Below, piece after piece: positions 39,517-49,091 of a DNA stretch of 49,262 bases. A program made the position numbers and the translations under genes. Source of the stretch: an uncultured Alphaproteobacteria bacterium (GTDB lineage: Bacteria; Pseudomonadota; Alphaproteobacteria; CAIYWZ01); NCBI GenBank assembly GCA_903930075.1, contig CAIYWZ010000124.1, positions 1 to 49,262 of the forward strand, given 5' to 3'. Every line of letters starts with the position of its first letter. Position 1 is the stretch's first letter. The notes under the pieces are model-generated. The model saw nothing but the letters and a program-made list of their open reading frames with translations, was not told where the DNA came from and made no database searches.

Positions 39517-40082
39517 ACACACTCATTCTCGCTTCCTCTTCTCCAAGAAGAGCTGATTTACTTCGTCAGATCGGAATCTTGTTTACTGTGATTCCCGCAG
39601 ATATTGACGAAACGCCTCTTAAATCTGAATCTCCAAAAGAATTGGTCCTGAGACTTGCACGGGAAAAAGCAGAAAAAGTAAGATTCGAGAACAAGGGCTC
39701 TTTTATTCTTGCTGCCGATACGATGGTTGTGGTGGGGAGGCGCATTTTGGGTAAACCTGAATCCCCGGAGCAAGCTCTTGCCTTCTTAGATCTACTCTCT
39801 GGACGGCGTCATAGAGTTTACACAGGGTTTTGCGTCATCACGCCGGAGGGCAAAATGACTTTGCGCCATGCGGAGACGAAAATTGCCTTTAAACGCCTGA
39901 GCGTGGATGAAAAAGACTGGTATATTTCCACAAAAGAATGGGAAGGAAAAGCCGGCGGATATGCGATTCAAGGGTTTGCCGCAAGATTTATTTCTTGGGT
40001 CAATGGATGCCCCCATAATATTGTGGGGCTACCGATTCACGACGTTTATCAAGTTTTGATGGGGCAGGGGTTTTTCAAATGA
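39513..40082 (+). CDS. maf: Maf-family nucleoside triphosphate pyrophosphatase
   Basis: [27 protein letters not shown]. 4-nt overlap with infA. Confidence 0.9.
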   Translation: MNTLILASSSPRRADLLRQIGILFTVIPADIDETPLKSESPKELVLRLAREKAEKVRFENKGSFILAADTMVVVGRRILGKPESPEQALAFLDLLSGRRHRVYTGFCVITPEGKMTLRHAETKIAFKRLSVDEKDWYISTKEWEGKAGGYAIQGFAARFISWVNGCPHNIVGLPIHDVYQVLMGQGFFK

Positions 40083-40231
40083 AGTGTCCGTTGTGTCAAG
40101 CGCCGGCATCCCAAGAAGATAGGCCGTTTTGTTCTAAACTTTGTAAAGACCGTGATCTTTTGAGTTGGATCAATGAAGACTATAAAATTCCCGTTAAAGA
40201 TGAAGAACAAGGAGATAAAAAAGATGATTGA
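40079..40231 (+). CDS. yacG: DNA gyrase inhibitor YacG (zinc finger), 50 aa; not in the supplied ORF track
   Basis: [38 protein letters not shown] carries the CxxC...PFCSxxC...DL..W motif. ATGA overlap with maf. infA-maf-yacG is a common alphaproteobacterial order. Confidence 0.8.
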   Translation: MKCPLCQAPASQEDRPFCSKLCKDRDLLSWINEDYKIPVKDEEQGDKKDD

Positions 40232-40811
40232 GTCTACATTAAAATATATTTGGAGTCTTGTTGAATATTATATGGAATTTTATGGGTATTGGATTGTCTT
40301 TTTTGGGTCTTTGGTTGAAGGAGAGTCTATTCTTTTTCTTGCCAGCACGGTTGCAGCCCAGGGAAAACTCAATATTTTTGGGATCATGATTGTTGCATTT
40401 GTGGGAACGCTCATCGCTGACCAAGCATCATTTTATTATGGTCACCATTATGGGCAAGCATTTATTGAAAAAAGAGACTGGCTGAAGAAACGCTCTGATA
40501 GGGTGATGAGTCTTTTGCATAAATACGATGTTTTCTTTATCATTCTCATGAGATTTACCTACGGGATTCGTGTGGCGGGGCCCATTATTGTTGGTTCAAG
40601 CGGACTTTCTCCTAAAAGATTTATTTTTTGGAACATTATTTCGGCTGCAATTTGGTCTGTTGCCAGTTGCACGGCGTTTTATCTTTTTGGAGAACAAATT
40701 TTGGGGTTTTTTAAAAACACAGAATATCTCTTATTTTCCCTCATTGGAATTGGTGTTACACTTTGGATTCTTCATAAAGCACAAAAATGGCTGATGGAGA
40801 GATTTCAATAA
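40224..40811 (+). CDS. DedA/SNARE-associated family membrane protein
   Basis: VFFGSLVEGESILFLAS and RFTYGIRVAGPIIVG motifs. I chose the start at ATG 40224, which has AAGGAG 9 nt upstream. Overlaps yacG by 8 nt. Confidence 0.8.
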   Translation: MIESTLKYIWSLVEYYMEFYGYWIVFFGSLVEGESILFLASTVAAQGKLNIFGIMIVAFVGTLIADQASFYYGHHYGQAFIEKRDWLKKRSDRVMSLLHKYDVFFIILMRFTYGIRVAGPIIVGSSGLSPKRFIFWNIISAAIWSVASCTAFYLFGEQILGFFKNTEYLLFSLIGIGVTLWILHKAQKWLMERFQ

Positions 40812-40894
40812 ATCCAAAAAAAAGCGTATTGACTTTTTTTCTGGTCTGTTTATATTAGAATTTGATATCAACAAAAATAAGGAGTTACTAGTTT

Positions 40895-41644
40895 ATGTCT
40901 CAAAATACAGGTCTTCCACTTTTTTACACACGTCCACAACCATTGAACGCTGAAGTTCATGGGAATTTGGCACTGAATGCTGAAAATATCAGCTATAGCT
41001 TTGCAACAAACACAAACTCTGTGCCTTTGAATGCAACAGAATTTGGCAGAGCACTAAAGCACTACCCAATCGTTTTCGTAGATTCCAATCCTTCCGCGCC
41101 AGTTGCGGTACTTGGTCTTCGTGATGCAGAAAATCTTTTCGTATCGCAAGATGGAAAATGGACACAAAGCACATATATTCCACAATACGTTACACGCTAT
41201 CCCTTCATTTTCTTGGAAAATCAAGATCAAGGTCAGTTTATTCTTTGCGTAGACACAGATTCTGAGTTGGTTAAAGAAGATGGCGAACATAAGTTTTTTG
41301 ATGGCAAAGAAGTAACAGATTTGTCAAAGCGCGCCCTTGATATGTGCACAAACTATCAAGCACAATTCAACTTCACCGTTGATTTTGTCAAGGCGTTGAA
41401 AGAACATGATCTTTTGATTGCAAACCAAGCAGATATTACGCTTGCCAGCGGCGAAAAACTCTCTTTGAGCGGTTTCCAAGTTGTTGATGAGAAGAAATTC
41501 AATGAACTCTCCGACGAAGTTGTTTTGGATTTCCACCGTAAGGGTTATACAGCATTGATTCATGCGCATTTCATCTCTATTTTGAATTGGCAGTCTCTTG
41601 TTGATGCAACAGCAGCAAAAGAAGCAGCTATTACAAAGCAATAA
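40895..41644 (+). CDS. SapC-family protein
   Basis: PLFYTRPQPLNAEVHGNLAL, HYPIVF and YIPQYVTRYPFIF match the SapC (PF07277) pattern. Confidence 0.75.
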   Translation: MSQNTGLPLFYTRPQPLNAEVHGNLALNAENISYSFATNTNSVPLNATEFGRALKHYPIVFVDSNPSAPVAVLGLRDAENLFVSQDGKWTQSTYIPQYVTRYPFIFLENQDQGQFILCVDTDSELVKEDGEHKFFDGKEVTDLSKRALDMCTNYQAQFNFTVDFVKALKEHDLLIANQADITLASGEKLSLSGFQVVDEKKFNELSDEVVLDFHRKGYTALIHAHFISILNWQSLVDATAAKEAAITKQ

Positions 41645-41654
41645 GCAATATAAC

Positions 41655-41692
41655 CCTGCATGGTGAAAAACTTATCATGCAGGATTTTTTTT
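41655..41692 (+). terminator. Rho-independent terminator after sapC-family gene
   Basis: CCTGCATG (41655-62) pairs with CATGCAGG (41676-83), followed by T8. Confidence 0.8.
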
Positions 41693-41708
41693 CTAAGATT
41701 AATAAACC

Positions 41709-42488
41709 ATGATCAAACTCTTCGATACTCACACTCATTTACATTACTTCCCAGACAACCACAACGAGATTGTTGCAAGGGCCCTTGAAAGTGGTGTTGA
41801 AGGCATGTGCACCGTGTCCACGTCTTTGGATCAGGCGGCTTTGCTGCGCTCTTACGCAGATCTCTACCCAGAGGTTTGGTATTCGGTGGGTCAGCACCCC
41901 CATGATGTTAAAGATTTAGAGTTGACGGGACCTCAAATCAAGCAAGCGCTCATCGCTTTAAAAAACCATCCCAAAATGATAGCCTATGGTGAAACCGGGC
42001 TAGATTATTATTATAACCACAGCCCCAAAGAGGAACAAATCATATCCTTTGACGCACATATCGAAGCCGCCCTGGATCAAAATTTGCCCATCATCGTGCA
42101 TACAAGAGACGCAGAGCAAGATACCATGGAGGTTCTTGCAAAGTATAAAGGAACAGGGCTCAAAGGCGTGATTCACTGCTTTTCAGGCACACAAAAGCTT
42201 GCAGATTTTGCCATAGGAGAGATGAATTTTCTGATCTCTTTTTCAGGGATTTTAACCTTCCCCAAAGCTTTAGAAATCCAAGATGTTGCCAAAAGCGCCC
42301 CCCTAAATGCCATTGTCATCGAGACAGACTCCCCTTACCTTGCTCCCATACCTCACAGGGGAAAACAAAATGAAACCATGCACGTACGCCATGTATTTGA
42401 CAAACTTTGCGCTTTAAGAGCTGGCGAAGATCCGGTGCACATTGCAAAAACTCTACGAGAAAATACCACCCGCCTGTTTGGCATTTAG
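41709..42488 (+). CDS. tatD: TatD-family metal-dependent hydrolase/DNase
   Basis: LFDTHTHL, GETGLDYYY, IVHTRDA, VIETDSPYLAP. Confidence 0.9.
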   Translation: MIKLFDTHTHLHYFPDNHNEIVARALESGVEGMCTVSTSLDQAALLRSYADLYPEVWYSVGQHPHDVKDLELTGPQIKQALIALKNHPKMIAYGETGLDYYYNHSPKEEQIISFDAHIEAALDQNLPIIVHTRDAEQDTMEVLAKYKGTGLKGVIHCFSGTQKLADFAIGEMNFLISFSGILTFPKALEIQDVAKSAPLNAIVIETDSPYLAPIPHRGKQNETMHVRHVFDKLCALRAGEDPVHIAKTLRENTTRLFGI

Positions 42489-42512
42489 ATTGACTTTTTC
42501 TAACTATTTACC

Positions 42513-42693
42513 AAAATCATCCTCCCCCCACCAATGTCATTCTCGGAACTTTAGTTTCGGGAATCTCCCCTTGTTCCCATGCATATTCCCTCTTGGATGC
42601 CCAGAGAAAGGGGGATTCCTTAAAAACTGGCGTTTTGAGGATGAGCGGTAGCGGGGGAAGGTTTGAATATGGCGGCGGTGGCGGGATGATTTT
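42513..42693 (+). ncRNA. Candidate structured sRNA, 6S-like rod (unverified)
   Basis: A GC-enriched island in an AT-rich spacer with three nested helices. Helix 1: 42513-32 with 42674-93. Helix 2: CATTCTCGGAAC (42538-49) with GTTTTGAGGATG (42632-43), 12/12 pairs including 3 G:U. Helix 3: 42560-69 with 42610-19. Helices 2 and 3 flank an internal bubble whose 3' strand, CCUUAAAAACUGGCG, resembles E. coli 6S CCUUAAAACUGCG. The G:U pairs favour the + strand. Confidence 0.4.
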
Positions 42694-42784
42694 GGAGCAA
42701 TAGTAAAAAAATATATAGTGCCCCATTAATTTTTTGTTTATATGTTCGTGAGACAACTTTAAAGAAATAATAAGGGAGGAATAC

Positions 42785-43732
42785 ATGTGGGTGGAAAAGC
42801 TTTTTTTGGTGGGGGCTGTGGGATTTTTTTCCTTTTCAGATCCCATGAAAATCAATGTTTCAGAAATTCAATATGGCCGGGAAATTTCAGGGTTTTCCTA
42901 TAATTACTCCCCCCAAGACGAAATGAAATATATTCAAGAGTTCCCGCGTATGGCGGAGCTTCTTGACAAGAAACCCTTTAACGGTAAGACGGGTCTACGT
43001 CACGATGTGGAAACGCGTTGTGGGTTTGTGGCGGAAAATCCAGACAATGAAGATATTATCGTGGCCATTCGCGGGACAGATGGTTTACGGTCTTTTTCCG
43101 ATTGGGCGATTAATTTTAAACAGCATCAGATTACACCTGAATATTTTGCCTTTACGTTTGGACCGCCAAAAAAAATGCATGCGGGGTTTTATAGATATGC
43201 GCATTCGATGATTGATCCCATTTGGGAGGATATTTCAAGAAGGCTTATGCTGAAATTTTCTAAAAGTGAAGGACTTGAGTTTGATGAATTTTTGAAAAAT
43301 ATTAAAATTTCCCTTTACGGTCATAGTACGGGGGGATCTACGTCGCAGATTATGGCGCTGATGATTCAAAATAAATTGATCGAAAAAATTAAAGAAAATT
43401 CGAATAAGCGTATAGAAGAGATTTATGATCATCTCAAAGGAAATATCCGGGTGTTTAGCTATGCGGCGCCTAAAGTTTTTAATCCTTCATTTGCGGAGTT
43501 GTTTGATCAAATGATTGGATCCGAAAACCATTTGCGTATGGTTCAAAAAAGTAAAAGGTTCATGGATCCCATCACAATGTTTCCCCTTGGAAATTTTAAA
43601 CACACAGGAACATTGTGTAGAATTGAGCTTGATGAGAAAAACGACCGCCAGCAAGCTGGTATTTTTCGCCATAATATGATATCTAATATTACGCCTGTGC
43701 ATTTAAAAAGTTGTATGGATGAAAATAATTAA
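42785..43732 (+). CDS. Class-3 lipase family protein, paralogue of 327..1496
   Basis: YGHSTGGSTS elbow and IIVAIRGTDG. N-terminal block EIQYGREISGFSYNYSP..EFPRM is shared with the other copy. Hydrophobic N-terminus. Confidence 0.75.
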   Translation: MWVEKLFLVGAVGFFSFSDPMKINVSEIQYGREISGFSYNYSPQDEMKYIQEFPRMAELLDKKPFNGKTGLRHDVETRCGFVAENPDNEDIIVAIRGTDGLRSFSDWAINFKQHQITPEYFAFTFGPPKKMHAGFYRYAHSMIDPIWEDISRRLMLKFSKSEGLEFDEFLKNIKISLYGHSTGGSTSQIMALMIQNKLIEKIKENSNKRIEEIYDHLKGNIRVFSYAAPKVFNPSFAELFDQMIGSENHLRMVQKSKRFMDPITMFPLGNFKHTGTLCRIELDEKNDRQQAGIFRHNMISNITPVHLKSCMDENN

Positions 43733-43747
43733 ATAAAAGGAAAAAAT

Positions 43748-45139
43748 ATGCCTCCTATTCTATTTTGGTTTCGACAGGATTTAAGACTTGAAGATAATCC
43801 GGGTCTTTTTGAAGCTGCAAAAAACGGGGAAGTTTTACCTGTGTATATTCTAGATGACGAAGCCGCGGGAGAGTTTAAAATGGGCGGGGCCTCGAGGTTT
43901 TGGCTCCATCATTCTTTAAAATCCTTGGATGCGTCCTTGGGAGGAAAGCTCAGTGTTTTCAAAGGAAATTCAAAGGAAATTCTAAAGGGTCTGATTGCGG
44001 AATATGGCATTCAAGGCGTTTATTGGAACAGATGTTATGAACCCTTTCGTATCCGTGATGATTCAAAAATTAAAGCAGAATTGCAAGGGGTGGAGTGTAA
44101 AAGTTTTAATGGATCTTTACTCTGGGAGCCCTTTGGGATCCTTAAAAGCGATGGCACACCCTATAAGGTTTTTACCCCCTTTTATAGGAAAGGATGCTTG
44201 AATGCCCCTTCCCCAAGGGAACCTTTGCCGGCGCCTTCTTTAACTATCATTGGAAATGGAGTTAAAGAAGACTTGGATCTTTTGCCAAATGTGAGGTGGG
44301 ATGAGAAGTTTGCTTGGGATATTGGCGAAAAACAAGCACAAGATAGATTGCATGCGTTTTTAAGCCATGGTTTGAATGGGTATAAAGAGGGGCGTAATTA
44401 TCCGGATAAGACCAATGTTTCAAGATTATCCCCCTATTTGCATTTTGGCCAAATCTCCCCCAATCAAGTGTGGTATGGGGCGCAAAAATCATCTGTTCAA
44501 GAAGGCCCCGACCTTGATCATTTTTTAAGCGAGCTTGGATGGAGGGAATTTTCCTATTCCCTTTTATATCATTTTCCAGAGCTTCCTAGGCGCAATTTTC
44601 AAGAAAAATTTGACAGGTTTCCCTGGCAAGATAACGATCTATTATTAAACGCCTGGAAAAAAGGTCAAACCGGTTACCCCATTGTGGACGCCGGGATGCG
44701 CGAGCTTTGGCAAACGGGGTATATGCACAACCGTGTACGGATGATTGTGGGGTCTTTTTTAGTCAAAAATCTCCTCCTTCATTGGCACCATGGAGAAGCC
44801 TGGTTCTGGGATTGCCTGGTGGACGCGGATTTGGCCAGCAACAGCGCCAGCTGGCAGTGGGTGGCGGGCTCTGGAGCCGATGCCGCGCCTTATTTTAGAA
44901 TATTCAATCCCATTTTACAAGGCGAGAAGTTCGACCCAGAAGGTCATTACACAAGACGTTTTGTGCCCGAACTTGAAAAAATGCCCCTCAAATACCTCTT
45001 TAACCCCTGGGAAGCCCCTTCAAATGTTTTAAGGGATGCAAACGTTATTTTAGGATCCACCTACCCAAAACCCATTGTCAGCATGGAAGAATCCAGGGAT
45101 AAAGCCCTCGAGGCGTTTAAAACGATATCGGTGTCTTGA
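43748..45139 (+). CDS. phrB: Deoxyribodipyrimidine photolyase (class I CPD photolyase/cryptochrome family)
   Basis: LFWFRQDLRLEDNPGL, TGYPIVDAGMRELWQTGYMHNRVRMIVGSFL, NSASWQWVAGSGADAAPYFRIFNP. Confidence 0.92.
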   Translation: MPPILFWFRQDLRLEDNPGLFEAAKNGEVLPVYILDDEAAGEFKMGGASRFWLHHSLKSLDASLGGKLSVFKGNSKEILKGLIAEYGIQGVYWNRCYEPFRIRDDSKIKAELQGVECKSFNGSLLWEPFGILKSDGTPYKVFTPFYRKGCLNAPSPREPLPAPSLTIIGNGVKEDLDLLPNVRWDEKFAWDIGEKQAQDRLHAFLSHGLNGYKEGRNYPDKTNVSRLSPYLHFGQISPNQVWYGAQKSSVQEGPDLDHFLSELGWREFSYSLLYHFPELPRRNFQEKFDRFPWQDNDLLLNAWKKGQTGYPIVDAGMRELWQTGYMHNRVRMIVGSFLVKNLLLHWHHGEAWFWDCLVDADLASNSASWQWVAGSGADAAPYFRIFNPILQGEKFDPEGHYTRRFVPELEKMPLKYLFNPWEAPSNVLRDANVILGSTYPKPIVSMEESRDKALEAFKTISVS

Positions 45140-45141
45140 AA

Positions 45142-45500
45142 CTATAAACTTACCCGCGCTTCCAAAAGTGTATGGGCCTCTTTCATTTCTTTCCCACAAA
45201 AGGCCATGCCGATGAGGAGAACAGGGGTGTCTTTGGGGAAAGCCTGGATGTATTTTTGATCTTGGATTTGGGTTAAAGCTTTTGCTGCGGCCTCTTCCAA
45301 TTCAGATTCAGTTTTGCAGGCTTTGAACTCGAGAATAATGCCGTGTTGTAGATTGGGGGATTTTGGGATCATCATCATGTCTGGCCTCCCTTTACCTGCT
45401 TCCCGGTTGGATTCGATTTTGATTGTGTGCGGCCGTCATATATGGACGGTGGGGGGGATGAACTGGTGGGGGAAGAATAGATGGATTTTTAATGATCTGG
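45142..45500 (-). pseudogene. 3' relic of an AAA-ATPase/PD-(D/E)xK (PDDEXK_9, DUF1703-like) gene
   Basis: ...IKIESNREAGKGRPDMMMIPK...GIILEFKAC...ALTQIQDQKY fits the nuclease-like C-terminal domain. There is an in-frame TGA at 45438-45436, and the whole N-terminal ATPase part is missing. The relic abuts the carbonic anhydrase stop. Confidence 0.55.
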
Positions 45501-45510
45501 GGAGTTACCC

Positions 45511-46113
45511 TTAACACTCAAGAGGTTTGTATTTTTCTTCTAAAGGATCGTAATCGAAAATTTCCCCCGATTTAATATCAAAAAACCACCTGTGAATCTG
45601 CAATGTTTTGTCTTGCATTTTTTCCAGGATCCAAGGGAAACTTAAGGCATTTTTGTAGGATTGATGGAGAGCTGACCTGGCGCAGGTGTCAATATCCGGG
45701 GAAGCGCCTTCATGTTTGATGATCGAGACCCAATTTGTAATAAAGTCATTCTTTGATGCATCATTTTCAAGAAGTGCTTGAATTCCGCCACATTGGCTGT
45801 GACCTAAGAGTATCAGATGCTTGACCTTTAAAAAACAGATGGCAAATTCTAAGGCGGCGCTGGTTCCATGGTGGGCGGCATCGTTTTCATAAGGCGGGAC
45901 GATATTGGCCACATTGCGCACAACAAATAAATCCCCTGGATCGCATTGCAGAATCAGCGCAGGGTCTACCCTTGAATCACAGCAGGCAACTACCATAATT
46001 TCAGGTTTCTGTCCATCAATGGAGAGCGTTTGCATAATCGATTGATCCCCGTGAACGTATTTATCTCTAAACCTGCTGTAACCTTCAAGAGCTTTTTCGA
46101 AACTTTTTTTCAT
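45511..46113 (-). CDS. Beta-class carbonic anhydrase
   Basis: VVACCDSRVDP and GHSQCGG zinc-ligand motifs. Confidence 0.9.
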   Translation of the reverse strand: MKKSFEKALEGYSRFRDKYVHGDQSIMQTLSIDGQKPEIMVVACCDSRVDPALILQCDPGDLFVVRNVANIVPPYENDAAHHGTSAALEFAICFLKVKHLILLGHSQCGGIQALLENDASKNDFITNWVSIIKHEGASPDIDTCARSALHQSYKNALSFPWILEKMQDKTLQIHRWFFDIKSGEIFDYDPLEEKYKPLEC

Positions 46114-46117
46114 AAAA

Positions 46118-47269
46118 TTAATCCTTTTTTAAAATAAGTGCGTCGTGGAGGGTTTGTACGAGAATTTCTGGTGTGTCGCAACGGGTCAGTAAACTTAAGC
46201 GGGCTTGGGTCATGTCGATGGCCTTGATGGGGAGGTCTTTCATGATTTTTAAGGTTTTTTGCAAAACCTCAGGATTTCCGCGCAGGCCTTGACCAATCAA
46301 CGAAATCCGGGAAAGATTGGTTTGGAGCTCCAACGGTTTTTCGAGGAAAGAACTGATTTTCCCCCATGTTTCAAGACTCAAACTGCATCCAAAGGTCTCT
46401 TGATTGAGTTGAAGCATATCAAATTCGGCGCTTAGTTTTGTAAACGTTTCTAAAAAATGATGAAAAGTGGCTTGGGGAAATGTCACCCAGACCATATCCC
46501 TTGTATGCGTGATGCTTGAAATAATTTTATTTTCCATAAAAACCTCCTGTGTAATGTGTGTTCCTGGTGCATCATTAAAACTCGATAGTACCCTTAAAGG
46601 CATCCCGTAACGCTTTGCAATTTCCACGCATCTGGAATGAAGAACTTTGGACCCCAGGGAGGCCATTTCCATGGCAATATCGTAAGGGAGTGATTCATGG
46701 CGGATGGCTTGGGGAACAAAACGCGGGTCTGCAGAGTAAATACCATCGACATCTGTATAAATATCGCACCTTTGTGCCCCAATGGCGGCTGCAATGGCAA
46801 CCGCAGATGTATCCGATCCCCCTCTGCCCAGGGTTGTGACTTCGTATTCAAGCGTCATGCCTTGAAATCCGGTGATCACAGGGACAATGCCTTCACGCAT
46901 GAGTTTTTTGATTTTCTGGGGAAAAATATCTATAATTTTTGCGTTGCCGAAGGTTTGATCGGTTAAAATAGGCACTTGCCAACAGCTCAAAGGTTGCGCC
47001 TGTATGCCGATTTCATGAAGTGCCAGGGCAAGGAGACCGCTTGAAACAACTTCCCCCGTGGAGGCCACCAAATCGGAAAAGGGGGAGCCTGCAGCGCCGT
47101 GAAAGCCTTCCGTTAAGTTCAAAAGCATATTGGTTTGCCCGGACATGGCAGAGACCACAACGCAAGGGAAATTGTTATTTAAAATTTCTCGCTCAATCAA
47201 GGATGCGCAGCGGCGAATACGCGCAGAGCTGCCAACGGACGTCCCCCCAAATTTTTGCACAATGTTCAT
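46118..47269 (-). CDS. lysC: Aspartate kinase
   Basis: MNIVQKFGGTSVGS, GRGGSDTSAVAIAAA, C-terminal ACT-like region. I moved the start to ATG 47269. Confidence 0.9.
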   Translation of the reverse strand: MNIVQKFGGTSVGSSARIRRCASLIEREILNNNFPCVVVSAMSGQTNMLLNLTEGFHGAAGSPFSDLVASTGEVVSSGLLALALHEIGIQAQPLSCWQVPILTDQTFGNAKIIDIFPQKIKKLMREGIVPVITGFQGMTLEYEVTTLGRGGSDTSAVAIAAAIGAQRCDIYTDVDGIYSADPRFVPQAIRHESLPYDIAMEMASLGSKVLHSRCVEIAKRYGMPLRVLSSFNDAPGTHITQEVFMENKIISSITHTRDMVWVTFPQATFHHFLETFTKLSAEFDMLQLNQETFGCSLSLETWGKISSFLEKPLELQTNLSRISLIGQGLRGNPEVLQKTLKIMKDLPIKAIDMTQARLSLLTRCDTPEILVQTLHDALILKKD

Positions 47270-47543
47270 ATATGTATCTCTTAATTCAAGTGTCAATATT
47301 TGGATTTTCAACAGCCCCGATACTAGGGGATTTTAAAAAAGAAGTAAAGGAAGAAAAAAGAGTTTGATTAGAAAAATATTTAATGACGGTGAGTTGACCT
47401 CACGTTTTTGAATCAATCGAGATGTTTAAAAAGATTCCCTTTTCTTCCCCTACATCTATCAAGGTGAGATGTAAAGGTTAACGAAAGGTAAAAAAATCAA
47501 GAAAAAATTGAGAATGTGTTCAAAATAAGATGATAAATCACTT

Positions 47544-48743
47544 TTAAAACAGCTGATCGAGGTCACAAAAATTCAAAGTCCGTCCACCTTCCACATCCAT
47601 GGTGGGGCCCGTATACACAACGAATTTATCAGCCGCTTTTAAATCGGGGTGTTTTTGCATATTGTCAAACCAATGGGGATCAAATTTGTCAGACGCTTTA
47701 ATTTCGATGGCTTTGAGATTTGTGATGCCTTCCATAATCATATCTACTTCATACCCTCCTTCACCTTTAACATTCCAAAAGTAGGCTGGATCGAGGTATG
47801 AACCTCCAATGAAATTCTTTTTCCACATTTCCGAAAAAATCATATTTTCAAAAAGTTTTCCACGCAAATCCCCATTCATCTTTATTCTTTCGGGCGTTTT
47901 GATTCCCATAAGCGATGCGGCAAGGCCAGTGTCGTAAAAATAGAGTTTATCTTTATTTGCAAATTTGGCAATTGCGCTTTTGTGATATGGCCCTGCGAAA
48001 AAGATGATATAGCTCGAGTAAAGAATGGTGAGCCACTTTTCCACTGTTTTTTTCTTCAAATCCAGCGTACGGCAAACGGTTTCATAATCAAAAAAATTTC
48101 CCGTTAAATATGCGCAAATTTCCATGAACCTTCGAAAGGTACGCAAATCTTCAATGCCGTGGACATTTTTCACCTCCCGGTCGAGATAATTTTCGATATA
48201 GTCGGGAAAAAAACTCTGTGGAACTTGCCCATTCACATAAAGAATCGGATACCCACCCTTATACATCGCTTCAAATGGATCTTTGCAACCTGATTCCTGG
48301 AGGGTCAGGGGCAACAATTTGATCAGAGCTGCTCTGCCGGTCATCGTCTCGCGGATATTTTTATCAAAGAGGTAATTATGTGATCCGGTCAAGACAAAAC
48401 GTGTTGGAAGGGACATTTGGTCTTTTTGGTGGGCTTCTTCTAAGAGTTCATCGGAAACGGTTTTGAGGATCTCGGTAAGTTCTGGAACATAGTGAAATTC
48501 ATCAAAAATCACCCCATCCATATAATTTTCCCGCACAAATTTATCCGGATTTTCCCCAACGCGTTTCAAAGTTTCCTTTTTCTCCAAATCAAAATAGGGC
48601 AAATGAGGGAAGTATTTTCGAATGAGTTCCGTCTTCCCAGCTCTCCTTGGTCCCATCACCGAGAGAATCGGGTAATGCTTTGTCTGCACATCCATCCACG
48701 CCTGAACTTCACGGATGATATACCTTTTATCTGATATTGCCAT
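47544..48743 (-). CDS. Orphan AAA_14/DUF4143-type ATPase
   Basis: Walker A GPRRAGKTEL, Walker B VIFDEFHY, C-terminal EVD...IEIK nuclease-like motif. Confidence 0.6.
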   Translation of the reverse strand: MAISDKRYIIREVQAWMDVQTKHYPILSVMGPRRAGKTELIRKYFPHLPYFDLEKKETLKRVGENPDKFVRENYMDGVIFDEFHYVPELTEILKTVSDELLEEAHQKDQMSLPTRFVLTGSHNYLFDKNIRETMTGRAALIKLLPLTLQESGCKDPFEAMYKGGYPILYVNGQVPQSFFPDYIENYLDREVKNVHGIEDLRTFRRFMEICAYLTGNFFDYETVCRTLDLKKKTVEKWLTILYSSYIIFFAGPYHKSAIAKFANKDKLYFYDTGLAASLMGIKTPERIKMNGDLRGKLFENMIFSEMWKKNFIGGSYLDPAYFWNVKGEGGYEVDMIMEGITNLKAIEIKASDKFDPHWFDNMQKHPDLKAADKFVVYTGPTMDVEGGRTLNFCDLDQLF

Positions 48744-49091
48744 TTATGAGGGCTCTCCTTAATGAAATAATAATATCCATTATACCATAATGCAAGGGGC
48801 TTTGACAAAGGAAAAAGTCATCGGATAGGCCTTGAGCGATCACGGCATATTGAGGTGACAGTAGCAAGTCAGGGGAGTTGTTGCGTGACATCAATCCAGA
48901 CTCCATCACAGATTGATGCAATGTGCGTTTCCATGTCCATGGAAAAAAGGAAGCATTTCCAAAGACTTCCTCTGGAATAAGGTTACAGGGACGTGAATAA
49001 TTCCACATAGATGTGCGGCAAAAGGCATGGTAGATGATTTACATAACGCAAAAATTGTATTCTTCATTTTTTTGCGCTATAATGATACATC

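Noticed and set aside
42517-42855. 112-aa ORF on the - strand
   Set aside because: It is proline-run low-complexity sequence with no recognisable family. It overlaps the lipase start and coincides with the structured RNA candidate, so a structural RNA is the better explanation.
47270-47543. Looked for a lysine riboswitch or leader upstream of lysC
   Set aside because: There is no conserved L-box-like helices or GC-rich core, only a weak 5-bp hairpin at about 47393-47415.
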